64,000 bases of DNA. Source: an uncultured Methanomassiliicoccaceae archaeon. GTDB lineage: Archaea; Thermoplasmatota; Thermoplasmata; Methanomassiliicoccales; JACIVX01. Position 1 is the first letter of the stretch. Each line of letters starts with the position of its first letter. Where the stretch lies: positions 4,843 to 68,842 of the forward strand of contig CAZJDY010000020.1 in NCBI GenBank assembly GCA_964544915.1, read 5' to 3'. The translations under genes were made by a program, and so were the position numbers. This document shows, in pieces, positions 1 through 10,400 of the stretch. The notes beneath the pieces are model-generated. The model saw nothing but the letters and a program-made list of their open reading frames with translations. It was not told where the DNA came from and did not search any database.

Positions 1-764
1 ATCAGTTCATAGCGGACCAGATAGACCTCCCGCCGGCCCTGCTCTCGAGATTCGATCTTATATTCGCGATGACCGACAAGCCGGACGCGGAGCTCGACGC
101 GAGGATTACGGACCATATCCTGATGGCGCACAGGAGGGGGCAGATTAGGAGGTACGCGGACAAGAACGACGTGAAGGGCCTGCCGGTCGACAAGATTCTC
201 GAGGACACCATTGTGATGGCTCCGATATTCTCCAGGGAATTCTTCAGGAAGTATGTCGCCTATTCGAAGCGTTTCACGCCGGTCCTGACGGACGAGGCGA
301 TTAAGACCATCCATGACTACTATCTGCGGATCAGGAAGCAAGGCGAGGCGGAAGGATCGTCCGTTCCGATAACGGCCAGGCAGCTCGAGGCATTCGTGCG
401 CCTGTCCGAAGCGAGCGCGAGGGTCCGCCTGAGCGGTCTTGTCGCGGCCGAGGATGCGGATCGTGCCGTCAGGATTGTGGAGTACTACCTCAGCAAGATC
501 GCAAGGGAGGCGGGCAAGTTCGACATCGACATAATAACCACTGGGACTAGCAAGTCGCAACGCGATCAGATAACGGTCCTGAGGAGGCTCATATCCGACA
601 TGGCGGACCCGAAGAAAGGCGTGGCGAAAGAGATGCTGGTCCAGAGTGCCGAGGCCGAAGGCATTCCGGAGGATAGGGTGATGATCCTCTTAAAACGACT
701 GGGCGATTCCGGCGAAGTCTATTCCCCATCTGCGGGATATTACAAGCTGGCATCGGAGGGCTAG
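1..764 (+). CDS. mcm: MCM replicative helicase, C-terminal part (5' end lies outside the window)
   Basis: Frame 3 is open from the window edge. It reads FIADQIDLPPALLSRFDLIFAMTDKPD, the conserved MCM AAA+ SRFD arginine-finger region, followed by a winged-helix-like tail. Stop at 762-764. Confidence 0.9.
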   Translation, partial: QFIADQIDLPPALLSRFDLIFAMTDKPDAELDARITDHILMAHRRGQIRRYADKNDVKGLPVDKILEDTIVMAPIFSREFFRKYVAYSKRFTPVLTDEAIKTIHDYYLRIRKQGEAEGSSVPITARQLEAFVRLSEASARVRLSGLVAAEDADRAVRIVEYYLSKIAREAGKFDIDIITTGTSKSQRDQITVLRRLISDMADPKKGVAKEMLVQSAEAEGIPEDRVMILLKRLGDSGEVYSPSAGYYKLASEG

Positions 765-765
765 G

Positions 766-1059
766 TTGATTACGGTCAGGGTGCACCGGGTCGGGAGGGA
801 GGTCGTAGTCGCGGCCTGCGACAAGGACCTGATAGGGAGGGTGCTCAGGGACGGCGAGCTGCGGTTCGATGTGGCCTCCTGCTTCTACGAAGGTGAGGAC
901 GCGGACGAGGAGAAGCTGCTGAATCGATTGTCCATCGCCACGATCGCGAATCTTGTCGGAGAGAGCACCATCAGCATCGCTGCCAAGCATAATTATATCA
1001 ACGAAGATTGTGTACTGATGATAGCCGGCGTTCCTCACGCCCAGATGGTGAAGATGTAG
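766..1059 (+). CDS. Small archaeal protein, DUF424-like
   Basis: 97-aa ORF with a TTG start 1 nt after the mcm stop. Length and pattern (VVAACDKDLIG...FYEGE) recall the DUF424 family. Assignment is from memory only. Confidence 0.55.
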   Translation: MITVRVHRVGREVVVAACDKDLIGRVLRDGELRFDVASCFYEGEDADEEKLLNRLSIATIANLVGESTISIAAKHNYINEDCVLMIAGVPHAQMVKM

Positions 1060-1060
1060 G

Positions 1061-2107
1061 ATGTTCTGCGTTCGATGCGGGCGGGAAGGCCCGACATATG
1101 AGAGTCTTTGCGTTACTTGCTTCCTTGAGAACAACAGGTTCACGAGCGTGCCAGATCACGTGGACCTGGTCGAGTGCGCGCACTGCGACGAGTTCCTGAT
1201 TGGTGGCAAGTGGAACGAGTTCAGCCTTGTGGAGGATGCCGTCAAGGACGCGGCCACGAAATCGATCATCTTGAGGAAGGGGGCGAGGATTGAGGATATC
1301 AAGACCGAAGTCCGTCCGCAAGACAGCAGGAATTTCCTCGTCTCTATCGACGCGAAGGTGAAATACCTGGATCTTCAGGTCGACGAGCATCTGGAAACGG
1401 TCGTCCGCCTGAAGGGAGGCGTCTGTCCGAGATGCAGCAAGATAATGGGCTCTTACTACGAATCGATACTCCAGGTGCGAACCAGAGGAAGGAAGTTCTC
1501 CGACGATGAGAAGGAACAGATCCTGAGCGAGATCGAGGCGAGAGTTGACAACGCATCGAAGAACAGCCGGGACATGTTCATCTCGAAGGTCGAGGATATT
1601 CATGGAGGCCTCGATATCTACCTTTCTTCCAACTCCCTAGGGAAGTCGCTGTCAAGGGAGATAGCTGATAAGTATGGGGCTGAGGTGAAGGAGTCCTCGA
1701 GCCTGCTCGGCCAGAAGGATGGGAAGGAGATATTCAGGGTCACGTACCTCGTCAGGTTGCCCTCATACAAGGTAGGAGACATCATCGTCCAGGCGAACAG
1801 ACCGTATCTGATCGGTGGGATCGGTTCACGGGGCACTAGGTTGATCGACCTGCGGACCCACGAGTCGATGAACATAAACAATGCGGACCTGAGATCCGTC
1901 CAGGTTATCGGGAACATGGACGAGACGCTCGAAGCTGTCGTTCTCACCGAGAGCGAAAAGGAACTTGAGGTAATGGACCCTCGGAATTTCAAGCCAGCGG
2001 GAATCAAGAAGACACAGGATTTCAAGAGGAGGGGAGAGAGCGTCAGGGTCTTCCCCTACGATGGCGATCTTCTCCTGCTGCCGAACCGGTGCCAGACAAA
2101 AGAATGA
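1061..2107 (+). CDS. nmd3: NMD3-family ribosomal large-subunit biogenesis/export factor homologue
   Basis: N-terminal cysteine clusters (CVRCG...CVTCF, ECAHCDEF, CPRCSK) and a 348-aa length are typical of archaeal NMD3. Start is 1 nt after the preceding stop. Confidence 0.8.
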   Translation: MFCVRCGREGPTYESLCVTCFLENNRFTSVPDHVDLVECAHCDEFLIGGKWNEFSLVEDAVKDAATKSIILRKGARIEDIKTEVRPQDSRNFLVSIDAKVKYLDLQVDEHLETVVRLKGGVCPRCSKIMGSYYESILQVRTRGRKFSDDEKEQILSEIEARVDNASKNSRDMFISKVEDIHGGLDIYLSSNSLGKSLSREIADKYGAEVKESSSLLGQKDGKEIFRVTYLVRLPSYKVGDIIVQANRPYLIGGIGSRGTRLIDLRTHESMNINNADLRSVQVIGNMDETLEAVVLTESEKELEVMDPRNFKPAGIKKTQDFKRRGESVRVFPYDGDLLLLPNRCQTKE

Positions 2108-2112
2108 GGAGA

Positions 2113-2865
2113 TCAGTCGTCGACGAACTGGTCCTTTGACTCGGCCAGCAACTTCTGGAGCTTCTCCGCGGCTTTCTCGACCTCTTCCTTCTGCCCCTTC
2201 ACTATGACCTTGTTGCCCTTTTCGCGCCAGTTCTCGTCAGGCAGCGACGCTATCCTCACGTGATATTCTTTGACGATCCTTTGAAAGAGCGGCTCCATCG
2301 TGGTCTCGCCCAGCCAAGCCCTGAACTCCTTCTCATAGACGCTGTCGGTTTCGATTCTAGGGAGGATGTATTCCTGGAACATCGGGAGCATCTCCTTCGG
2401 GAAGCCAGGCAGGCAGAAGATCGTCATCTTCCCCTTCTTTGCCTCGATCCCGCAAGCCGCACCAGTGATGTTCTTCAAAGCAATCGTCCCCTTCGGCATC
2501 GTGGCCATCCTGAGAGTCTCATTGGTCAGTACCGGCTTCTTGCCATACATCCTTCTGACCGCTTCGACCAGCCACTCGACCGCATCCTGTCTCACTTCGA
2601 TTTCGACCCCGAGATACTCTGCGACCGCGTTTCGAGTGATGTCATCCAGGGTCGGTCCAAGGCCTCCTGTGATAATCAGGAAGTCTACTCCCGATTTCTG
2701 CGCTGAGTCGAGCACTCTCGTGATCTCAGGGAAGTCGTCACCGATCACGGTGATCATGTTGACATTGGCCCCCCTTTCCCGTGTCATGCGGATCATTTGG
2801 GAGGGGTATGGGTCAATCTCCGCTGTCAGGAGCTCGTCCCCTATGTGCACGATCTCGATCTTCAT
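2113..2865 (-). CDS. CinA-like molybdopterin-binding (MoCF biosynthesis) domain protein
   Basis: N-terminus MKIEIVHIGDELL...FLIITGGLGPTLDDITR matches the MoaB/Mog/CinA N-terminal domain signature (GGLGPT.DD.T). Confidence 0.8.
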   Translation of the reverse strand: MKIEIVHIGDELLTAEIDPYPSQMIRMTRERGANVNMITVIGDDFPEITRVLDSAQKSGVDFLIITGGLGPTLDDITRNAVAEYLGVEIEVRQDAVEWLVEAVRRMYGKKPVLTNETLRMATMPKGTIALKNITGAACGIEAKKGKMTIFCLPGFPKEMLPMFQEYILPRIETDSVYEKEFRAWLGETTMEPLFQRIVKEYHVRIASLPDENWREKGNKVIVKGQKEEVEKAAEKLQKLLAESKDQFVDD

Positions 2866-2887
2866 CTCACCCGTTCCTCCGACCGCA

Positions 2888-3727
2888 TTATGCGGTCATC
2901 TCCTTCCTGTTGAACAGCCATGACGCTATCCCTGCTGACACGATCGCATACACTAACGCGATTCCTATAGCCAAGGTGACGTTTGGATAGTAGTATACGA
3001 GTTGGATGCTCCCCATTCCAGGTATCTCTCTCGTTTCGGCATAATCCGAAGGGTAAGGTGAGGTCATAATGTCGTTTATTGTACCTGATGAGAAAGTGAG
3101 GGAGAACTCCGGCTTAACCTGAGAATACGTCAGGACCCCATCTGCGATTGGAAGGATAAGTAACAGAAGTGCGAATGTGAGGACCAGCGCGCCGGTTGAT
3201 CCCTTCATTATTGAGCTGATGAGGTATCCCACTGCCGAGGCCGAAATGGCGAAGAGCAGAGCGAGGCCGAAGGAGTCAGCCATCAGGCCGGATATCGACC
3301 CATCTACGGCAAGTGCCATTGTCGAAACGATGGCGTAGAACACCACCAGCGCGAGGAATATCGTCGCCAGGGTCGCGGCGAACTTTCCTGCGAAGAGAAC
3401 CCCTCGCTTGACCGGGTTGGGGAAGAGCAGGTAGCCAGTCCGGTGCTGGAACTCCGACACAAGGGAATCCCCGGCAAATAAAGTCGTCCCGATGATTATC
3501 AGGATCCAGACCCATCGCACGAACATCTGGGCGAAGTCTGCCGGGTCGCTTGGGTAGTCGTGGCCCTGGAGGGGCGGTATCACCATGATGAGCATGATGA
3601 TGGCGAATTCTAGGGCGAATATGCCGAGAAGGCGCCTGCTGCGTAGATGCTTGAGGAACTCGTATCTCGCGACTATCATACTTTGAGCGACATCTGAAGG
3701 GAGAGTGATGTTCTTCTCTTCTGTCAC
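2888..3727 (-). CDS. ABC-2 type transporter permease
   Basis: Polytopic hydrophobic 279-aa ORF that ends 4 nt upstream of the ABC ATPase partner's coding region, on the same strand. Confidence 0.75.
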   Translation of the reverse strand: MTEEKNITLPSDVAQSMIVARYEFLKHLRSRRLLGIFALEFAIIMLIMVIPPLQGHDYPSDPADFAQMFVRWVWILIIIGTTLFAGDSLVSEFQHRTGYLLFPNPVKRGVLFAGKFAATLATIFLALVVFYAIVSTMALAVDGSISGLMADSFGLALLFAISASAVGYLISSIMKGSTGALVLTFALLLLILPIADGVLTYSQVKPEFSLTFSSGTINDIMTSPYPSDYAETREIPGMGSIQLVYYYPNVTLAIGIALVYAIVSAGIASWLFNRKEMTA

Positions 3728-3731
3728 AAGA

Positions 3732-4667
3732 TCACCTCGACTCCTTTATCAGGGACATGTACAACGACTCGAGTCCAATCCCTGTCTCCCTGAAAGAGAC
3801 TATCCTAATTCCGAGCATCTGCAGGTCGGAAAGCAGTCTTGCCTGGTCCTCCTCCTTACCTTTGAATGTCACCGTGTACTGCCTAGCCTCTCCCGGCACG
3901 ATCCTTTCCACCCCGTCGAAGTGGGAGATCCTGTCAATCATGTAGCTGTCCAAATGTTGGAGAACTCTTACCTCGATATCCTTCGAACCAGTGCTCTCGA
4001 CAAGCGTCGCGACCGGCCCATATGCGAGTAGCTTGCCGTGGTCTATGAGCGCCACGCTCTCGCATATCTCCTGGACCTCATTCAGGAGGTGTGAACTCAT
4101 GAAGATGGTGTAGTCTCCTCTTCTCAGGTCCTTCAGGATATTCCTGACCTCAACCATACCTCTTGGGTCGAGACCCGAGGTAGGCTCATCGAGTATGAGA
4201 ACGTGGGGCTCATGGATTATCGCCTGAGCGATCGCGAGCCGTTGTTTCATCCCTTTGGAAAACTTCCCGATCCGCGTCTTCGACCAATCGGTCATCTTGA
4301 CTGTTTCTAACACTTCCCTGCTGCGCCTCTCGATGTACTTGTGGGACATGCCCCTCAAGGTGCCTAGGTATTCCAAAGTCTCGAGTGGAGTGAGATATGG
4401 ATAGAACTCGGGCGTTTCTACGACAGCACCAACACTGGCTAGCGCTTTCTTTGGCTCTTTCGTCACGTCGACGCCGTTAATGTAAGCCCGTCCTCCGCTG
4501 GCGAAGAGCAGGTTCGTGAGTATCTTGATCGTCGTCGTCTTGCCTGCGCCGTTCGGGCCCAGGAATCCGACGAACGACTTCTTCTTGACCGTGAGGTTCA
4601 GAGAATCGACTGCCTTGAAATCGTTGAAGTCCTTAGTCAAGTTCTCTATCACGATAGGCTCGTCCAT
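3732..4667 (-). CDS. ABC transporter ATP-binding protein
   Basis: Walker A GPNGAGKTTT, signature-like FSKGMKQRL and Walker B VLILDEPTSGLD. Confidence 0.9.
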   Translation of the reverse strand: MDEPIVIENLTKDFNDFKAVDSLNLTVKKKSFVGFLGPNGAGKTTTIKILTNLLFASGGRAYINGVDVTKEPKKALASVGAVVETPEFYPYLTPLETLEYLGTLRGMSHKYIERRSREVLETVKMTDWSKTRIGKFSKGMKQRLAIAQAIIHEPHVLILDEPTSGLDPRGMVEVRNILKDLRRGDYTIFMSSHLLNEVQEICESVALIDHGKLLAYGPVATLVESTGSKDIEVRVLQHLDSYMIDRISHFDGVERIVPGEARQYTVTFKGKEEDQARLLSDLQMLGIRIVSFRETGIGLESLYMSLIKESR

Positions 4668-4786
4668 CAGATCACTTTTTGTTGCGTGGATTGCGGAAGG
4701 GCCTACATAAACGTCGGGATATTAACCTTTTGGTCCCTGCCTGAAATCTTTTTATGCGTCCAGTCTCATTCAATCGAGGTGAAATC

Positions 4787-5656
4787 ATGATTCCACCTGA
4801 TCTTGTCGAGGAGGTCGTGATCAACATCCTCAGGACTGCCGTAACCTCTCTCCCCTCCGATGTCATCTCCGCGCTGGAGAGGGCAGAAGTTCAGGAGACG
4901 GATGATATTGCAGGGACGCAGCTCAGGACAATCCTTGAGAATGTCAAGTGCGCCGAAGGGACAGCCACTCCTATGTGCCAGGATACCGGGGTTCCGCTCT
5001 TCTTCGTCTCGGGTAGTTGCGATCCCGACCTCGAGGAAGCGATTAGGAGGGGAGTGGCGAGGGCCACAAAGGAGATTCCTTTGCGTCCGAACGTCGTACA
5101 TCCAATCACGAGGAAGAACACGGGCAACAACTTAGGCGTAGAGATGCCCTACATACACTACTCGCCAGGGCCTTCCGGATTCGTGGACATCACTGCAATG
5201 CCCAAAGGCGCTGGCTCGGAGAACATGAGCGCCTTGAAGATGCTCACTCCCGCTGAAGGGATGAAGGGCATCAAGTCTTTCGTTCTCGACACGGTGGTCA
5301 GCGCGGGTGGGCGTCCCTGTCCTCCGACGATAGTCGGGGTGGGGATAGGCGGGTCCTCCAATATCGCCATGGACCTGGCAAAGAGAGCGCTCCTTCGCCC
5401 GCTCGATGTTCGGAACCCTTATCCCGAGCTCCAGACGCTCGAGGAGGATCTGCTCGAGGCTGTCAATCTGACAGGAATCGGTCCTATGGGGCTTGGCGGC
5501 AGGACGACTTCCCTTGGCGTCAGGGTCGATCTCGCGCACTGTCATACAGCCAGTCTGCCGGTCGCGGTGAATATACAGTGCTGGGCCGCAAGGAAAGCAT
5601 CTGCACGGGTCTTCTTGGACGGCAGGGTGGTCTATTCGAGGGAGGGATTCTGGTGA
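4787..5656 (+). CDS. Class I (Fe-S) fumarate hydratase / tartrate dehydratase, alpha subunit
   Basis: MCQDTGVPLFFV motif of Fe-S hydrolyase alpha subunits. ATG at 4787 is preceded by GAGGTGA. The ORF track allows an earlier ATG at 4754. Confidence 0.85.
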   Translation: MIPPDLVEEVVINILRTAVTSLPSDVISALERAEVQETDDIAGTQLRTILENVKCAEGTATPMCQDTGVPLFFVSGSCDPDLEEAIRRGVARATKEIPLRPNVVHPITRKNTGNNLGVEMPYIHYSPGPSGFVDITAMPKGAGSENMSALKMLTPAEGMKGIKSFVLDTVVSAGGRPCPPTIVGVGIGGSSNIAMDLAKRALLRPLDVRNPYPELQTLEEDLLEAVNLTGIGPMGLGGRTTSLGVRVDLAHCHTASLPVAVNIQCWAARKASARVFLDGRVVYSREGFW

Positions 5657-6246
5657 GACTGGAGGCGCCGCTTTCGGATGAGACGGTGAGGTCCCTGAGG
5701 GTGGGGGACGTCGTGAGCCTGAGTGGCGTCATCTACACCGGCAGGGACGAGGTGCATTTGAGGGCTTTGGAGATGCACGAAAGGGGAGAGGAGCTGCCGG
5801 TCGACCTTAAGGGAGCGGCGCTTTACCATTGCGGGCCGATCGTGAAGAAGGTGAATGACCGCTGGATAGTGGTGGCAGCGGGCCCCACCACAAGCACTAG
5901 GATGGACTCCCTCGAGCCAAAGTTCATCGAGACCTTCGGCGTTCGTGCCATCATCGGGAAGGGTGGGATGTCCCGGTCGACCGTCGAGGCTATGAAGAAG
6001 TGTGGCTGCGTCTACCTCGTGATAACAGGGGGAGCGGCCGTCCTGGCCGCAAGGGATGTGAAGAAGGTCCTGGGGGTCCAGTGGCTCGATCTGGGGATGC
6101 CGGAGGCTCTTTGGGTATTCGAGGTGGATAGCCTCGGCCCACTCATCGTTGGTATCGACGCCCACGGCAACAGCCTCTTCAAGAGAGTTGATGAAGAGGT
6201 CAGGAAGAATCTCCCTGCCGCGAGGAAGCGCTTGGGATTCTCGTAG
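5653..6246 (+). CDS. Class I fumarate hydratase / tartrate dehydratase, beta subunit
   Basis: Sequence LSGVIYTGRDEVH...GPTTS.RMD...IGKGGM is typical of the beta subunit. GTG at 5653 overlaps the alpha stop codon (GTGA). The ORF-track start at 5578 would overlap alpha by 79 nt. Confidence 0.8.
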   Translation: MRLEAPLSDETVRSLRVGDVVSLSGVIYTGRDEVHLRALEMHERGEELPVDLKGAALYHCGPIVKKVNDRWIVVAAGPTTSTRMDSLEPKFIETFGVRAIIGKGGMSRSTVEAMKKCGCVYLVITGGAAVLAARDVKKVLGVQWLDLGMPEALWVFEVDSLGPLIVGIDAHGNSLFKRVDEEVRKNLPAARKRLGFS

Positions 6247-6295
6247 AAGGCATCTAGATTCCTGCGATACGGAGCGTTGATTGAGGACTAGAAGT

Positions 6296-7348
6296 TCACT
6301 TATTCTCTTCTACCAGCTCTTCCTTCGGTTTCGCCTCTTCCTCTTCACGTTCGATAGCCAACAGCCCCGGCTTCTTGCCCACCCTGTACCGTATGTATGT
6401 GGCGATCGAGAGTATGACGATCGCGAGGCAGAGGCCGACTATCATCAGGGAATGGGACAGATCGAAGCCGGGTATGAAGCCAGTATCCCCAGAGACAGGC
6501 TTCCTCTCGAGGTTGAGATCGTATTTCTTCGTCTCAAACGGGCTGAGTGATACCTGCACGGTCCTCTCCTCATATTCATCCTTCTGGAATGTCACCGTGT
6601 AAGTGCCAACGGGGACGTTCGAGAACGTGTAGTTACCGTTCGCGTCTGTGGAGGTCGAAGCGGTGTACTCCGAAGATGTGATCATCACCTTGACGTCGCG
6701 GACCTCGACTCCGCCGCTCGTGACCTTCCCGAAGAGCGTCGTCGGTTGCTCCAAGAGCGTGAAGTTAAGGTCCGTTGTCTTGCCTCGAATGATTACTACG
6801 GCTTGGTCGTGGTACGCCGTCCAGTATCCGTTCTTCTCGGCATGCGCGACGTAGGTCCCCGGTTCAACCCCATCGATCGTATACCCCCCCAGCGGCGACG
6901 TCGTAGTCGCGGAATAGTTGCGTTCGCCGGTAAGCACGATCTTCGCCCCTTTTATCGGGACAGTGCTATTCGTGACGTGTCCCGAGAGCGAACCCAGGAT
7001 CTCGATCATCTTGAAATCGAAGACATTCAAGGATCCCGGCCCGATCTGGACATAGCCATAGCTGATGTTCGCGGTGTAATTCGTGTAGGAAGCGGTTATG
7101 TTGTATGTCCCGACGGGGAGTGAGATGTTGTAATCACCCGTTGCATTGACCAGGGTGTGATATGACCCCGCCGAGGTCGTGTTGACGGCGGTGACATTGA
7201 CGTCAGGGAACGCGACTCCAGTCTCGTTCGTCACGCTGCCATTTATCCACCACTCGTTCGGACCCTGGGCATAGACCTCGGAGTGCATCACGCATAGAAT
7301 GGAAACGAAAATGATTGTTGCCAGGGCGAATGGGGTGAGCTTCCTCAT
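6296..7348 (-). CDS. Secreted, membrane-anchored surface protein with three CarboxypepD_reg-like beta-sandwich repeats
   Basis: Signal peptide MRKLTPFALATIIFVSILCVMHSEVYAQG. There are three repeats of the type G.V....G.P...A.V......T.DANGNYTF.NVPVGTYTV and numerous NxS/T sequons. The C-terminus has a transmembrane helix and an acidic/lysine tail. Confidence 0.7.
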   Translation of the reverse strand: MRKLTPFALATIIFVSILCVMHSEVYAQGPNEWWINGSVTNETGVAFPDVNVTAVNTTSAGSYHTLVNATGDYNISLPVGTYNITASYTNYTANISYGYVQIGPGSLNVFDFKMIEILGSLSGHVTNSTVPIKGAKIVLTGERNYSATTTSPLGGYTIDGVEPGTYVAHAEKNGYWTAYHDQAVVIIRGKTTDLNFTLLEQPTTLFGKVTSGGVEVRDVKVMITSSEYTASTSTDANGNYTFSNVPVGTYTVTFQKDEYEERTVQVSLSPFETKKYDLNLERKPVSGDTGFIPGFDLSHSLMIVGLCLAIVILSIATYIRYRVGKKPGLLAIEREEEEAKPKEELVEENK

Positions 7349-7476
7349 GCTTGGACTCAGATTATGCGGTGTGAGCATAAATTACTTGCGCATTGGCCAG
7401 CAACCTCGCGTCGGGCTCGCAAAGTAGTAATATATGAACGGCAAATGGACCTTGATTTGAAAGCGGAGAAAGTCTA

Positions 7477-10400
7477 ATGGAACGGGTAACAGAAGCGTAT
7501 AGCAAGAAAGAGGTCATGTCACTGATGGAGCCGCTCGTCGCCGAGTGGTTCAGCGGCAAGTTCGAGGGTCTCACCGAGCCACAATCGTTCGCGATTCCTC
7601 TCATCCACAAGAAGGAGAACGTGCTCGTGTCTTCCCCGACCGGCTCGGGCAAGACTCTGACCGCTTTCCTCTCGATAATCAATGAGCTGCTTAAGTACGC
7701 TAAGGATGGAAAGCTTGAGGACAGGGTGTATGCTGTGTACGTTTCGCCCTTGAAAGCCCTGGCCAACGACATCAACAGGAACCTGAAGGAGCCCCTGAGC
7801 GAGATGAAATCGCTCTCGGAGAAGAAAGGAATTCCGTTCCCGGAGATTCGGGTCGGCGTCAGGTCCGGCGACACTTCCCAGGCTGAAAGGCAGAAGATGC
7901 TGAGGAAACCTCCTCACATATTCATCACGACCCCCGAGTCCCTCGCCCTGGTCCTTGCCGCACCTAGGTTCAAGGAGAAGTTCACCAGGGTTGAGTGGGC
8001 GATTGTGGATGAGGTGCACGAGATATGCGATTCGAAGCGGGGCGTCTTCCTCTCCCTGACCCTGGAGCGGTTGCAGGATTATTGCACGCGTCGCTTCGTG
8101 CGGATCGGATTGTCAGCCACATTGGCACCGATCGAGGAGATAGCGGCCTTTCTTGTCGGCTTCGAGGACGGGAAGCAGAGGGACGTGAGGATCGTCGATG
8201 TCCGGTCGCCAAAGAACCTCGACCTGGAGGTTCTCTGCCCGACTGAGGACACGACAACTCTGCCTTACGAGATTGTGAACTCGAAGATGTACGACATGCT
8301 CGCTGACATGATCCGGGAGCACACCACGACCTTGGTGTTCACGAACACACGAAGCGGGACGGAGAGCGTCGTCTACAAGCTGAAGGAGCGCGGCCTTGAG
8401 AGCATCGAGGCGCATCACGGCAGCCTCAGCAAGGAGACCCGATTGGATGTGGAGGATAGGTTGAAGAGGAGCGAGCTGAAGTGCGTCGTTTCCTCGACCT
8501 CGCTCGAGCTGGGAATAGACATAGGTTCCATAGATCTCGTGTGCCAGATTGGGTCACCGAAGTCCGTAGCGAAGGGGCTGCAGCGCGTAGGCAGGAGCGG
8601 TCACGGGTACCTGCAGACCTCCAAGGGCCGGATGATAGTCTTCGACAACGACGATTTGGTCGAGTGTGCCGTTCTCTGCAGGGCGGCGCATCAGAACAAG
8701 ATCGACAGGGTCGGCATTCCTCAGAACTGCTTGGACGTTCTCGCCCAGAGCATCGTCGGAATGTCGATCGAGAGCCGTTGGAAGGCCGACGACGCGTTCC
8801 GATTGGTGCGGAGGTCGTATTGCTACAGGGGTCTGCCGAAGGAGCTGTATCTGGACGTTTTGAGATATCTTGGTAGCAAGGACGCTTTCGAGGGGGTCTA
8901 CTCTAAGATATGGTATGACGAGGAGGAGGGGACCTTCGGCAGGAAGCGCGGGGCCAGAATGATATATTTCCTCAACCTGGGAACGATACCGGAGGAGGCG
9001 AACTACAAGGTTTACGCCGAGAGGGGGGCGATGATCGGGGATCTCTCCGAGAAGTTCGTGGAGAGACTGTCCCCCAGAGACATTTTCGTTCTCGGAGGCA
9101 GGACCTATGAGTTCGTTCGCTCGCGCGGGATGAGCGTCTACGTCAAGACGGCTTCAGGCAAGAAACCGACCGTCCCTTCCTGGACAGGAGAGATGCTCCC
9201 TCGGAGCTTCGACCTCTCCATGGAAGTAGCCAAGTTCAGAGGGGAGATGGCCGCGAGACTGAAGGAGGACGAGAATAGGACGCTGGAGTGTCTGTGCGAC
9301 GACTTCGATATCGACCATGGTTCGGCGAGGTCGATACTCAGCTACTTCGAGGAACAACAGTCGACGTGCGGCATGATCCCGACGAGCAAGAGTCTCGTCA
9401 TCGAAGGATACGTCGATCTCACCGGCAATCATAATGTCATCTTCCACTTCCCGTTCGGGAGAAGGGTCAACGACGCCCTGTCCAGGGCATACGCTTTCCA
9501 GCTGACCCAGCAGCTCGGCTCCAACGTCAGCGTCTCTGTCACTGACGACACCTTCATGATAAGTGTTCCTAGGAGCATCGAGCTGAGAGGTCTGGACAAG
9601 CTGATTTCCAGCTCGGACCTCGAGAGCCTGCTTAGAAGGGCGCTCAAGGATTCCGAGATATTCAAGCAGCGGTTCCGTCACACCGCCGCCCGGAGCTTCA
9701 TGATACTCCGCAACTACAAGGGCAGGGAGGTTTCCGTGAACAGGCAGCAGATCCGCTCGAGCTACCTCCTCGACACTCTCAGGAGCGTCGAGAGGGTGCC
9801 AGTCATCGAGGAGACCTACCGCGAGATCCTGGAAGATGTCATGGATCTGCAGGACGCCACGCTCGTGCTCAAGATGATCGAGAGCGGCGAGATGGCCGTG
9901 GAGTTCGTCGACTTCTCTTCGATCCCGTCCCCGTTCGCGCACAACGTCGTCCTCGCTGGCATCTCCGACGTGGTCTTGATGGAAGACCGCAGCTCATTGC
10001 TGAGGGAGCTTCACAGGAAGATACTCTCGAAGGTCATGGCGAGCGATCTGTCGGAATTCGAGTTCGAGGAGCAGAAGGTCACAGCCTACTTCAGGAAGAA
10101 GATCGGCAGGATCGAGGGGAAGGAGGACATCCTCCGCATCCTCAAGATGATTGGGCCGATGCGCGTCTTCAAGGAAAGGGCCAGGAGCGTCTATCCCTAC
10201 TCTTCGCGGGACAAGCGCGTCGTGGATGGTTGGGCGGAGGAGCTCCTCGCCGAGGGCAAGATCGCATCGGTCTTCTCCGACGATCTCTATTTCGTCTCTT
10301 CGGAGGACTTACCGACATACGCGACCTTATTCCGAAAGAAACGTACGCTTGGAGAGACGGACAACAGGGTCTTAGATCTACTCGACAGAGAGAGGTCATC

